64,000 nucleotides of DNA from the human T2T-CHM13v2.0 reference genome, Homo sapiens: NCBI RefSeq assembly GCF_009914755.1, contig NC_060935.1; one strand, given 5' to 3'. Positions 13,695 to 25,830 of this stretch are shown here, piece after piece. Each line of letters starts with the position of its first letter. The stretch's first letter is position 1. The translations under genes and the position numbers were made by a program. Below the pieces are notes generated by a model that was given only the letters and a program-made list of their open reading frames with translations, was not told the origin of the DNA and ran no database searches.

Positions 13695-13910
13695 TCTCAT
13701 TTATTAAGTGCTCGTTATCTTTTATGACTGTTTTCAGTGCTTTAGTTATATTGACTGATTGCATCCTAATGATAACTCTGTGAGTTAGTAATTTTATATC
13801 CATTGTATGGATGATAAAATTCAGGAGACTCAGAAATCTTTTATACCTTATTTATGGTTTATTAGTAGAAATAAGCCAAGCTGGAATTTGTACGTTGGTC
13901 TGGTTTTACC
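13695..13910 (-). mobile_element. MIR fragment
   Basis: catttattaagtgctc...atcctaatgataactctgtgag...tatccattgtatggatgataaaattcaggagactcagaa. Confidence 0.55.
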
Positions 13911-14524
13911 AATGGTACAGGTTAACCACAACTCAAAACTGTTCAACCACATGTCAACTAACAGAAGGCAGGGGAGCTAGTATATTTAGGCCCCAGGGCT
14001 TGACCCTTTGTGCTTATCTCTTCTCTGCCTATACAGTCCCTAAATTTATTTTAGTCTGTTTCATGATTTGTACTTCTGGTCTGGCCTCTTCCTGGGCTCT
14101 ATATTCAAATCCCATTTCACAGAGGGGTTGAATAAATTGGTCAAATTGTTGCAGGTGTTTAGAAATGGAGCTTACACTCAAGTCTAGGTTTATCTGATAT
14201 TCAAATCAGTTATGTATATATTGCTTTAAATTGCTTCCAGGGGTCAACATCACATTTTTAAAGTTGTATACAGGATCTAGCACTATGCCCAAATCTCAAT
14301 TGGTAATAAAATTGTAATGGTTGAGTGAACAAAAGAAGGAGTTAAATGTAGAAATAAGCTTAAGTTTGAGGAAGCTCATTAGCCAAAAAAAGGGGGACAT
14401 GAGGCATGCTTTTTTCTCATGTACTCCATTATTTTGTCCATATAGCAGCCGTATCTTATGGGTAAGCCCTTGTACATATTGAGAATAGTAGCTTCTGTGC
14501 TTTTTGGGCTGAATTCACCACCAG

Positions 14525-14960
14525 AGCTCTGACTACGTTTACTGAGTTCCAGCATCACCCATCTGGTTCTTGGTTGGCAATCTTCACATCTGTGTCTGGC
14601 CTGTGCAACGCAGTGTGTCCTAAACTGAATTCTTCATCTTCTCAAGCCCCTGCCTGTCACTATTTTTCTCCATTGACTTCAGTCCCCCAGCTTGAAGTCT
14701 TGCCTAATTTTGGGGACTTCTCCCTTTTCCTTGTCTTCCATATCAATCACTTGCTAAGCTCTGCTGAGTTCTTTCTGAATGATGTCTTCCTTTCACCGTT
14801 GTGTTCCTGTTGTCTCTTTTCTCACTCTGGTTTCATTATCTCTTACTTGAAGAACTCTCATTGATGAGCTCTTCCTTACGGAATAAAGAACAAACATGTA
14901 GTCTGGAACTCCAGGCCTTTCACCACTTGACTCAAACCTCTTATTGTCTGCAGTTCTATT
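14525..14960 (+). mobile_element. L2 fragment
   Basis: Pyrimidine-rich L2 3' region motifs (gtgtcctaaactgaattcttcatctt; tccatatcaatcacttgctaagctctg). Confidence 0.5.
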
Positions 14961-15188
14961 GTACATCCTTTGCCTTAGGGCAGCACTTTATACAAACTGC
15001 ATTCCAGAGAGCAATAAGAGATTGACAGATCATTCCTCCCTGCCCCCCTGCCCCCTTGCTCTGAGGGGTTGCTGTCAAGGAAAGGAAGCTGGGTAGGTGG
15101 GCCTCTGGCCTCCTATCCCTGTTCCAAACAGATGAGCTCCATTTTGCTTATTGGGATTCCACATAAGATTTTATTTAAACTAACTGTT

Positions 15189-15690
15189 TGTTATATATAA
15201 AGTTTCGGTGCTGCAAAAGAAATAGCACTTGAATATAAAATTTTCTTGTAATTCTCAGCAAGGCAAAGTACTTCTATAGAAGTGTGCGCCCTTACAGATG
15301 CAGCAATGATGAACACGCACTTGGACAAGGGAGGGGAAGTGGTTCTTATCCCTGACACATGTGGCCCTTGCTGCTGTGTCATTCCCCTGTTGGCTAGGGT
15401 TAGACTGCACAGGCTAAACTAATTCTGATTGGCTAATTTAAAGAGAGTGACAGGGTAAGTGGTTTGGCGGGAAAAATGGTTATGACAGAGCAGGTAATTG
15501 GAATGAGTCAGGGTGGAGCAGGTAATCGGAATGAATCAGGGTGGAGTAGGTAATCAGAATGAGTCAGGGTGGAGCAGGTAATTGAAAAAGTTTGCTTTAT
15601 GAGGAAGTTAAGTTTAAAAGTAGAAGGCAAAGAATTGAGCCTACTGACATACTGATTCATTGAAAAGAAATTTAGAACTCATATCTAACA
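15189..15690 (-). mobile_element. ERV1 (HERV-I) solo LTR10 (LTR10A/LTR10F type)
   Basis: Minus strand starts tgttagatatgagttctaaatttcttttcaatgaatcagtatgtcag; contains the characteristic acctgctccaccctgactcattc tandem unit; TG...CA ends; TSD only partly preserved (gtt). Confidence 0.9.
15488..15583. promoter_or_regulatory. 28-bp tandem array inside LTR10 with AP-1 motifs (TGAGTCA 15504-15510 and 15560-15566; variant TGAATCA 15532-15538)
   Basis: Unit ggaatgagtcagggtggagcaggtaatc repeated ~3.4 times at an exact 28-bp period. Confidence 0.75.
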
Positions 15691-15999
15691 GTTTTCATGA
15701 ATTTATCAAATTTGAAAACTACTGATCTCTCAGAAAAATGGAGTCTGCTGTTATTTGCAGTCCATGCTCCGCATCTTCTGATGTCTGGGTGCTTGTGTTC
15801 ATGTTCCCCAGCATAGTTTCCACACATGGAGACTTTAGAACCTTTATTACTGAGGAGAAAGCAAAGCCATCAAAGCAAGGTGGGGGTGCTGTGCACAGAG
15901 GACATTGACCTAGAGAGGGATGGGGAGCATTCTGAGGGTAGAGCTGTGAAGGGCCTTCACGGCAGCCCTTGCCACCTTCTCTTAACTACTTTTCCAGCC

Positions 16000-16360
16000 T
16001 TATTTTTCACAACATTCTTCATGAAAACATACTTCAGCCATATAGAACTTATTTCTCTTCCAACTACATGTCCTTTCATCTCATTTATACATGTTGACTA
16101 ATGTGGTGCCCTATTCCTGGAGTGCTCAGCCTTTCATCTCCACATAGCCAAAGTGTGCTCATCCTTCCTGGCCTAGCTTAAATTACCTCCCACAGAAAGC
16201 CGCCTCAAGCCACATCTGAATGTAATCTTTCTCTCCAGCCATATCTTTTTATATATCCCTCTGTTATTTTACTTAGCACTGCCCACATGGAGTTGCCTAT
16301 TTAGTTATTTATGTTCAAGGCTCAGTCTCCCGACAATACTGTGACCTCTGGAAGGCATCC
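16000..16360 (+). mobile_element. L2 fragment
   Basis: ctcatccttcctggcctagcttaaattacctcc...actgtgacctctggaaggca, typical of the L2 3' end. Confidence 0.5.
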
Positions 16361-17318
16361 CCTAATTTTGAGTTTGCAGATGTGTGCCAGTTGTCATGGC
16401 CATCTTCAAATTGGCTAATTTAAATAGCCAAATTTGATAGATTCTTTCACGAGTAGCTGAACATATTGGACTGCTTACATCTATTGTGAACATAACATGG
16501 GCACAATAGCATATTTAAACCTTGTGAGAACTCCTGGAGCTGCTAATTTAATTTCCTGTGGTTATGGGAACAACATTTTGCAGTGAGCCACACAGTCGTT
16601 CAGAGGCAATAAAACTCCCTCTTCTGCCAGCTGTATTTATAGCATGGTCAGGGAAGAACATTCTTCCCTTAGTGTCTAGAAGGTTTCAAGGAAGATGTAG
16701 GCATTATTAATAAGCCTTGTCAAGGTTTATGCCAGCTCCCTTTTGGAGACAATGATTTGTACTTTATTCTAAGCATGAAGTTTCTTTCTTTTCTTTTTTT
16801 GGTAAGATTTATATCTGACTCTATCTAGTAAATTATCTTTGCCAGGCATAGATTTTTCTCACTCTGCAAAGGGTTTAGAAAATTTGTAACCTAACTCTTA
16901 TTTTCCAATTTGAAAAAAACCTGATGTTCATGTTGGTGTTCTTGTCAGTATCTGTGAGACAGAGACTGTGTTAGAACCTGTTTGATGAACAAAAATGAAC
17001 ACAAGGTGTATGGCTGACAATAACTGAATAAAAATATTACCAGTGGAACATGGATGACATAAACTTTGAATAATAATGATAAAAATTTAACCTCCAGACT
17101 AAGAGAAAAATTAACTAGAAGGATGACTTTTCTGCTTGAAACTCTAATCATTAAAGGGGAGCTAGTAAAGATTCACTATTATAATGATTGCTTTAATGAT
17201 AGATACAGGGAGGTGATTTAGTTGAGGAAAATCTATTACTTATGTTGGGCTTTTACGTCTGCTATGCTTTGAAATCAGTCAGCAGATATCAAATGCATGT
17301 CCACTAAGTGTGAAGCAC

Positions 17319-17413
17319 TGAGCAAGCCTAGAGGGTGGACCTTCGTATGAGCAGGAAAATCATGGTGGACCTTCGTATGAACAAGCCTAGATGTTGGACC
17401 TTCGTATGAGCAG
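17319..17413. repeat. Complex short repeat: three copies of TGGACCTTCGTATGA (17336, 17366, 17395) with alternating spacers
   Basis: Read directly; the 15-mer is identical in all three copies. Confidence 0.9.
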
Positions 17414-17656
17414 CTTGTGAGTTTCTTAATAGCAGACTATATTAATTCATGCAACAAATATTTATAAAGTATCTTCTACATGCCAAGCACTGTACAGGTG
17501 CTAGTTGGCAGGCCTTTGTAAAAGAATAAATTACTAGATTGTGTGTTTTGGGGGGAAGCCATTTTAAAATTCTTCTAATATATCTCTATGAAGTATTTAC
17601 TGTGTGCTGGTGAAGGGTGGTGGGTGAAGAAGAGAAAACTGCATTCACAGTAATGC

Positions 17657-18543
17657 TGAGGACTGAACTCTGATCTTTTTTCCATCTTGCCCAAATTCCT
17701 ATTTAAGGGTCCTGGAGAGTCACACCCTACAAACAGTAAAATATCCTTAATTTTTTTAATTAAATTTAACCTGGTATAATATGGCTTACTTTCCAAGCTG
17801 ACTCTGGTATAGCATCATGTGACAAATAGCAGACCCTTTTATCTTAACTGAAGTATTTAGTATTTAGACAAAACTTAACTCTCTTAACTAGTGTCAACTA
17901 AAGGATACTTAAAATTGGCTGGGCGCAGTGGCTCATGCCTGTAATCCCAGCACTTTGGGAGGCTGAGGCAGGAGGATAACCTGAGGTCAGGAATATGAGA
18001 GCAGCCTGACCAATATGGAGAAACCCCATCTCCACTAAAAATACAAAATTAGCCGGGCGTGGTGGCACGTGCCTGTAATCCCAGCTACTTGGGAGGCTGA
18101 GGCAGGACAATAGTTTGAACCCAGGAGGCGGAGGTGAGCTGAGATCATGCCATTGCACTCTATTGCACTCCAGCCTGGGCAACAAGAGTGAAACTCCATT
18201 TCAAAAATAAAATAAAATAAAATAAAATAAATAAAATAAAATAAAATAAAATAAAATAAAATAAAATAAAATAAGAATCCCTAAAACCCACCAATGACTT
18301 GTAAGCTCTAACTTCAAAATGTCCTTTTTGGGTCAAACCAATGTATATCTTCCATGTGTTGATTTATGGTTTAACCTGCAATTCCTATCTCCCTGAAATG
18401 TATAAAACCAAACCATAGCCCAACCTCCTTGGCACACTTTCTCAGGACCTTTTGAGACTCTAACCCCTGGCCACCATCCCTCATATTGGCTCAGAATAAA
18501 CTTCTTTAAATATTTTGGCAGAATTTGGCTTTTTCCATCATCA
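17657..18543 (+). mobile_element. ERV1 solo LTR, MER4C/D-like, interrupted by AluSp
   Basis: tgaggactgaactctgatc...cttgcccaaattcctat; ends cagaataaacttctttaaatattttgg...catca; 4-bp TSD atgc at 17653-17656 and 18544-18547. Confidence 0.82.
17917..18274 (+). mobile_element. AluSp with (TAAAA)n tail (18203-18274)
   Basis: AluSp diagnostics cctgaccaatatggagaaacccc and gggcaacaagagtgaaactcc; degenerate TSD aaggatacttaaaa / aagaatccctaaaa. Confidence 0.93.
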
Positions 18544-19162
18544 ATGCTGTAGTGCTAAGTGCTCTGTTGATTTTATTTTTTAACTCCTTAGGCTTAAGTA
18601 TCTAATCAGAGCAGGCCGTAGAGTAGGTACTCACCAAATGTTTGTGGGAAAAATGATAAATGAACAAACTGTTGAAAGATACTTTCCAAAAAAGAGTAAA
18701 TTCTATGTGTTAAAGATTGTTGTTCAACTCATGAGGGGACCAGGCAAATGTGATAACTGATGCAAAAGAGAGTACAATCAAGGGCACACTTATATATCAG
18801 AAATATTTAAATAAATGAATGGTGGCAAAACTAATTTTTCCTCAGAATGGGAAGGAAGACAGTTGAACCTGTAATGGACAGAACAGAATTTGCACGTCTA
18901 CAGACAAGAATTTATCTTGCATTGCTATCAGTTACTTAAAATTTACAGTGGCAAAATAGCTCAAAGATGAAGAGAAAGTATAATAAGGTATCTTGGAGGA
19001 GTGTCCTCTAGACAATGCATATGTTCCCTTGGAACAATAAATTTTTTTTTTCTACAGAATGGATTGAGTGGGGTGCAATTTCCATAGCTTCCAAAGTACA
19101 GGGAACCTGTGAGTAATCTGTCACAAATTGTTGAATACGAAATTGCTGTTCTCATGTAGTAC

Positions 19163-19943
19163 TGTTACTGGTAGTTCTATATTCTTGGAGTCCCCAAGAT
19201 GGTGGTGGGCCACTCCCAAGATGGTGGTGGGCGGCTCCCAAGATGGCGGCAAGCCTTTTGTTCTCTGATCTGGGGTTCTTGGCCTCAGGATTCCAAGGAA
19301 TGGAACCTTGAGCCATGCGGTGAGTGTTATAGCTCTATTAGAAGCCATGGGTCATGGAAGAGAACTGTGAACCCAGAGACTAGTGTTCAGCTTGATTAGG
19401 GTGAACCTAGGCACTTAGTCATGCAGGAACAATGGCAAGCCTCTAGCCTGATTGGGAGTGGCAATTGGTGCCTCACTGGATCAGAAGTGCAGTGAACACC
19501 CTGCCGGATCTGGAGGGGTGGAAGTCAGCAGTGGGTCTGCAGTGGTGGAGATCAGCAGTGGCAGACAGTGAACAAAAGCTCAGCTTGAGCCAGAACAAAC
19601 ATGGACCAGAAGAGTGTGCAGTTGCAAGATTGAATAGAGTGAAAACAGAGCTCCCATACAATGGGAGGGGACCCAAAGGGCGTTGCCACAACTGGCTTGA
19701 ATGCCTGGGTTTATATATCCTGACCATTGTCCTTCCTCCTGTGCTCTCAGGCAACAGATGATTGACTATTTCTTTACCTCCTGCTTTTAGCCTAATTGGT
19801 ATTTTAGTGAGCTCTCTTTACTACCTGATTGGTAGGTGTGAGCTGAGTTACAAGCCCCGTGTTTAAAGGTGGGTGTGGTCACTTTCCCCAGCTAGGCTTA
19901 GGAATTCTTAGTTGGCCTAGGAAATCCAGCTAGTCCTGTCTCA
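19163..19943 (-). mobile_element. HERV-W solo LTR (LTR17), complete, 781 bp
   Basis: Minus strand starts tgagacaggactagctggatttcctaggccaactaagaattcctaagcctagctgggg; full U3-R-U5; 4-bp TSD gtac at 19159-19162 and 19944-19947. Confidence 0.95.
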
Positions 19944-20599
19944 GTACCATATTGGAACTTATTTTGATTCCTTTTTAAGGAATGAATTTTACTTTCCTGT
20001 GAGATAATGTCGCAAACTAATTCACATTATTTTTGTCATTATTTTGACATTATTTTAAAGCATCTCCATGTACATTATTAAATTTGTATAACAACTCTGT
20101 GAAGTAGTCATGGAGAGGATAATTATTTGTTTTGCAATGAGCATAATGAAAGAGGAAGTGGTGGTACTGGGACTCACACCCCCATTTTCTGATTACAAGC
20201 CTCTTGTTCTTTCTATCACAAAGATGACACCAGCAATAAAGTGTGAACAAATCCTTTATGTTTATTTATGTTGTAGACTTTGGCCTGGAATTTAATTGGG
20301 AACAGAAAATCATCACATCTCTTTATCTTATGGATAGGTATGCAAAAAAGTGCATTTCCTAATTTCTTTACTCCAAATCTTTCTTAAAATGACCATGGAT
20401 AGAAAATGCTTGAATGTCATCATTCTTCCATAATTATTCTATGACATAAGCCAATAGTCATTGAGAACCTTCCAACACTGAGCACTAAATACCTTCTAAT
20501 TTTATTTCCTAGTTCTAGGAACTAGGAAATGTATTTTCTAAATCAGGTCTCTCTCTCTAATCCTTACTATCTGGGGCTGTATTTTTCATTTTCATCACC

Positions 20600-21180
20600 A
20601 TCATTATTAACAACATTTGTTAAGAGGCTTCTTGCCATATTTTTTCAGACACTGCATTAACTAAAATATGTTATCTCATTCTTTACAATAATCTTAAAGA
20701 AGTGTATTAGTCCATTCTCACACTGCTATAAAGAACTACCTGAGACTAGATAATTTATGAAGAAAAGAGGTTTAATTCACTCAGGATTCTGCAGGCTTAA
20801 CAGGAAGCATGACTGGGAGGCCTTAGGAAACTTACAATCATGGCAGAAGGCGAAGGGGAAGTAAGCACCTTCTTTACATGGCAGGAGGAGAGACAGAGAG
20901 TGAAGGGGGAAGTCCTACACATATTGTGAGAACTCAATTCACTATCATGAGAACAGCAAGGGGGGGTCCCCATGATTCAGTCACCTTCCACCAGACCCCT
21001 CCTCCAACACATGAGGATTACAGTTTGACATGAGATTTGGGTGGGGACACAAAGCCAAACCACGTCAAGGAGACATATTTTACACCCATTTTATAGATAT
21101 CAAAACTAGATCTTAGGGAGGGTTATTAATTTAGTCAAGAAGACAGAAAATGAGAGGTTAGATATTAGTTATGACTATCC
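20600..21180 (-). mobile_element. MIR interrupted by an MSTA LTR
   Basis: attaacaacatttgttaagag...tctcattctttacaataatc before the LTR; cccattttatagatatcaaaactagatcttagggaggg after it. Confidence 0.55.
20703..21067 (-). mobile_element. ERVL-MaLR solo LTR, MSTA-like
   Basis: tgtattagtccattctcacactgctataaagaactacctgagac...ggcttaacaggaagcatg...ccaaaccacgtca; TSD agaag/aggag (4 of 5 match). Confidence 0.88.
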
Positions 21181-21982
21181 TAAATTATTATGTACAATGC
21201 AAATCATTGTATGTTCTTTAGGCTATGTCCGGTGATATGCTGTTACTTTGTGAATGATTATCAATGATAAGAGATATGAAATGCTAACACAGTGATAAAC
21301 ATCCGTTAAACTCAAACATTCACAACAAAAGGCCAGGAGATTGATGCTTGAATCACATGAGTACCGTAGGAGAGAATGAGAGGAGACTGCATTGCATTTT
21401 AGACTCTGGGAAACATTAGTAGTAGAGCTGGATGACTTTTTTATCATAATAAACCTGTACTCAGGCAAGGCTTTTTTCCTCCTTCATGATTTTTCATGAG
21501 AAAGCTTAGGATTCTCAGATGTACATTTGTATTCTTCCTCCATCACCTCATATGTGTTCCCTATAGCATGATGTCTGTGGTTTAATTACTCAAGCAATGG
21601 GGTTCCTCTAATTTCTCCTAGAAGATAGTTTCCCAATCTAATTGTCTTCTATACTTTGCCATTTCCCTTGATGGGCAGGCTGCATTCTCCTAGGCTTAAT
21701 TTTGTTTTCTTATTTTGGCTTCTTTCTGTTATAAGTATCCCCATTTGGGCAATAGCATTTTTTGCTTAAAGTTCTTTTTTTCTTTTTTCTCCCCAAACCA
21801 GGGGTTATCAAACCACACTCTGGTCTTTGTCACTTGGCTGAACAAGTGTTGTCCTCTTTAACTTAATCTCGCCCTTTGAAGTCAGTTTTCCCATTTCTCC
21901 CTTACCCTTTCCCTACTTTCCTTTTACCCACACAGGAAAGTAAAGAGCAATTGTGTTGAAGTCCATTAGAAACAACAAAGCA

Positions 21983-22110
21983 GGTTGGGCATGGTGGCTC
22001 ATGCCTGTAATACCAGCTACTTAGGAGTGGGAGGCAGGAGGATCGGTTGAGCCCAGGAGTTTGAGACCAGACTGAGCAATGTAGTGAGAACCATGTCTCA
22101 ACAAACAAAT
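21983..22110 (+). mobile_element. Free left Alu monomer (FLAM-like)
   Basis: Single monomer ggttgggcatggtggctcatgcctgtaat...gagcccaggagtttgagaccag...tctcaacaaacaaa. Confidence 0.8.
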
Positions 22111-22769
22111 GAATAATCAAGCAGAAAGCCAACAAAACCTCCAAATTGCTAAACTTTTTGAATTATGAAGTTATGAAATAAAACTCTACTTCTCTCCATC
22201 TTTTTCTCTGGGGCCCCATTCAGAAGGCAGAAGGGTCTAATTTAAAAGTCTACTATATGCTTTGCTTTATTCTTCTTGTAAATTTTAGACTGTTAAGATG
22301 AAGACTGAAAACACTCAAAATAAGTATGTTCTGTTACCCATGTGTTCCATTCTTTGATGAGAAATAGTTCCCTAAAGCCCACTGTACCTCAGTCTTCTTA
22401 TCTGAGTAATAATATGTCCTTTAACTTAACATGGAAAAACCCTGTTATCCTTGGCCTCTGGGGAGCTTCCTGTCTTCACACAAGACATATCTTTAGCCAC
22501 TTTCAGATCAGAACTTTGGTTTTCTGATTGCCCTGCACATGAACTTCTGCTCCCCTACTGATTTGAAAACAGATTCCTGGATCCATGCTCAGGCTCATAC
22601 TGCTTTTCGCGTAGGTTCTCCTAACCTATTCCTCTGGTGTCTATCACATTTGACCTGCTTCATCTGCTCTGGATCAATAGCAACTGGACACAAATCATCT
22701 TGTGTATGGTCCGAAATAAAATCTTTTATTAATGCGATTGCTCCTGAGGGCACTGGGAAGTTGTCTTCA

Positions 22770-22930
22770 TTTGGAGTTGGGAGACATGGATTCAAGCTCC
22801 AGCACTGCTGTTTATGTCTTATGTTATCAAAGCAACATTCTAGTTTCTAGGAAGCTCTGTTTCTGCATAAGTAAAATGGGAGTTACAATAGCAACTGCTT
22901 AACATATTTAATTGGAGCATAATTCATGCC
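22770..22930 (+). mobile_element. MIR fragment
   Basis: ggagacatggattcaagctccagc...ctctgtttctgcataagtaaaatgggag. Confidence 0.5.
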
Positions 22931-22953
22931 AAAATATTATCTATTAATGTGTT

Positions 22954-23302
22954 TGATATGGTTTGGCTGTGTCCCCACCAAAATTTCATCTTGAATGGTA
23001 GCTCCCATGATTCCCGCATGTTGTGGGAGATGATTGAATCATGGGAGTGGTTTCACCCATACTGTTGTCTTGGTAGTGAATTTCTCATGAGAGCTGATAG
23101 TTTTATAAGGGGAAACCCCTTTTACTTGTTTCTCATTCTCTCTCTCGCCTGCTACCAATATAAGATGTGCCTTTCACCTTCCACTGTGATGGTGAGGCCT
23201 CCCCAGACACATGGAACTGTGAGTCCATTACACCTCTTTTTCTTTATAAATTACCCAGTCTCGGGTTTGTCTTTATCAGCTGTGTGAAAACGGACTAATA
23301 CA
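22954..23302 (+). mobile_element. ERVL-MaLR solo LTR, THE1B/C-like
   Basis: tgatatggtttggctgtgtccccacc...gaaaacggactaataca; 5-bp TSD gtgtt at 22949-22953 and 23303-23307. Confidence 0.92.
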
Positions 23303-24979
23303 GTGTTAATTATTTGGAAGTTTATTTTCTGAGATAAAGACCATTAACCTATTCAAAATGTCATATAAATAATTCCTTATGATCTGGAACAAATTCTTAA
23401 TACTAGGGGTTCTGCAGGGGCTTAGGGCCAAAATCACCTAAGTGTATATTAGTATTATGATCTTGGTACTTGCTAACTCAGGATTCTAGTTTTCTTTCTC
23501 AGATACTTTTCTAACAAAAAATGTGTTCTAACTACATTTCTTATTCCAGATATTTTGATTTTTCTTCCTGTCACATTGCTACACATTCTGAAATGAGACA
23601 GGTCTTCAATATGAAAATTTGTGGTTGCTTTGCCTCTCTGAAGATACACAGTTATGACAACTAGATTTTTTTTATTTCTTCATTAATGGGTATATAAACC
23701 AAACCATAGCAAATTTACTCCATTACTTTTCTATTAAAACATTGGCATTTGATAACTTGTTTTAGAGTAATTCATTTTTCTCAACAAATTTGCTCTAAAA
23801 TGTGCAAACTGTTGGCACATGACACTGCCATATCACTTATTATTGTAGCTGACTGTCCAGCTTTTTTTTTTTTTGGCTATGGTAATTCATTTGGTGTGTA
23901 TCTCAGATGGATGTCTTCTTGTCTTTACGTGTGATGCATATTTTCTCCAATATAATCTTTCAAAAGGATATTTCATCTCAGATTTATTTCTGTTAGAAAT
24001 ATGACACTTTATCCCAGAAATGTTGGTGTATTTGATTTTAATTGTTTTTGCTCTCTCTGTTTTGTTGCAATCACAGATGAAAGGAACTCTGGAAAGTAAT
24101 TCAATCAGTTGTTCTCTCTTAGGCAAGAAGGTGCCCAGTAGAACCATTTACAGGATCTATGCAGGGAGATCTGCAAAAAGGACAATTTCACTCTTCTTTT
24201 GGGCAATCACTTTTTTAAAAGATAAAATTTGCAATTCGAATGCAGTTTTCATCCTTTTAGAAAAAAACCCAGTTTTTCCTTAAATTAAAATTAGCTGTGC
24301 CCATTGAATTGCATGTGTTGTCATAAGTGAGGTTTGGCTATCATCTAGTTTTATGTTTAAAGTGCTTTCTTACAGCTTCCACTGATTGCTCTATTTTGTT
24401 TGCTTTTATTCTGTAGTGATTTTCAAAATATCAGCCCAGTTTTAAAGTATACCTGAGGTTCTGCCTGCTTGATATCAAGAACGAAATTGTAGCTTGTGAC
24501 TCTTCCCTGTGAACCATGTATAATTAATTTCATTTTTACCTTTCTTGTCCCTCCCTAGAATGTATTCTGCTTGGCCCTTGTTAATTTTATCTGGAGTTAT
24601 AAACCAGTTTATTATCCCACTTTCATGATTGCTTACTTACTGTCCTGTGGAGTCAGCATACTCCCTATTTTTTCCCTACTGGTCATTCTCCCCTCTGCCT
24701 ACTTAATTCCTACTAAATTTATTTTTGCCGATGTTAGAGTCATGGAATGCTCTTATCTGCAAACTTCTTGATTTGTCTGCAAGTGTCATTATTGAACACT
24801 TAACATTCTGTCTTCTGGAGGACAGACAAATCTGGATGGCCCTAGAGAATAATTTTCTCTTCCCTTCCCTAATTAGGAATTTGTCCTTTACTGAGGCAAT
24901 ACTCTTCTGAAGATTCTGCTTGGTGTGTCAGGTGATCAGTGTCCTCCCCTCTCCCCCACCCCCTTCATTGACTGGGGGA

Positions 24980-25830
<851 letters not shown>

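Noticed and set aside
17319-17413. Repeat-spacer-repeat pattern resembling a mini CRISPR array
   Set aside because: Primate genomic DNA with no cas genes; repeats are only 15 bp and spacers 14-15 bp, and the spacers resemble local flanking sequence, so local duplication explains it
19163-19943. Possible HERV-W provirus or syncytin-like env
   Set aside because: Solo LTR only; TSDs directly flank it and no internal gag/pol/env sequence is present
22954-23302. DUX4 site in the THE1B/C LTR
   Set aside because: The motif reads TGATTGAATCA rather than TAATTGAATCA, so it is degenerate and not claimed as functional
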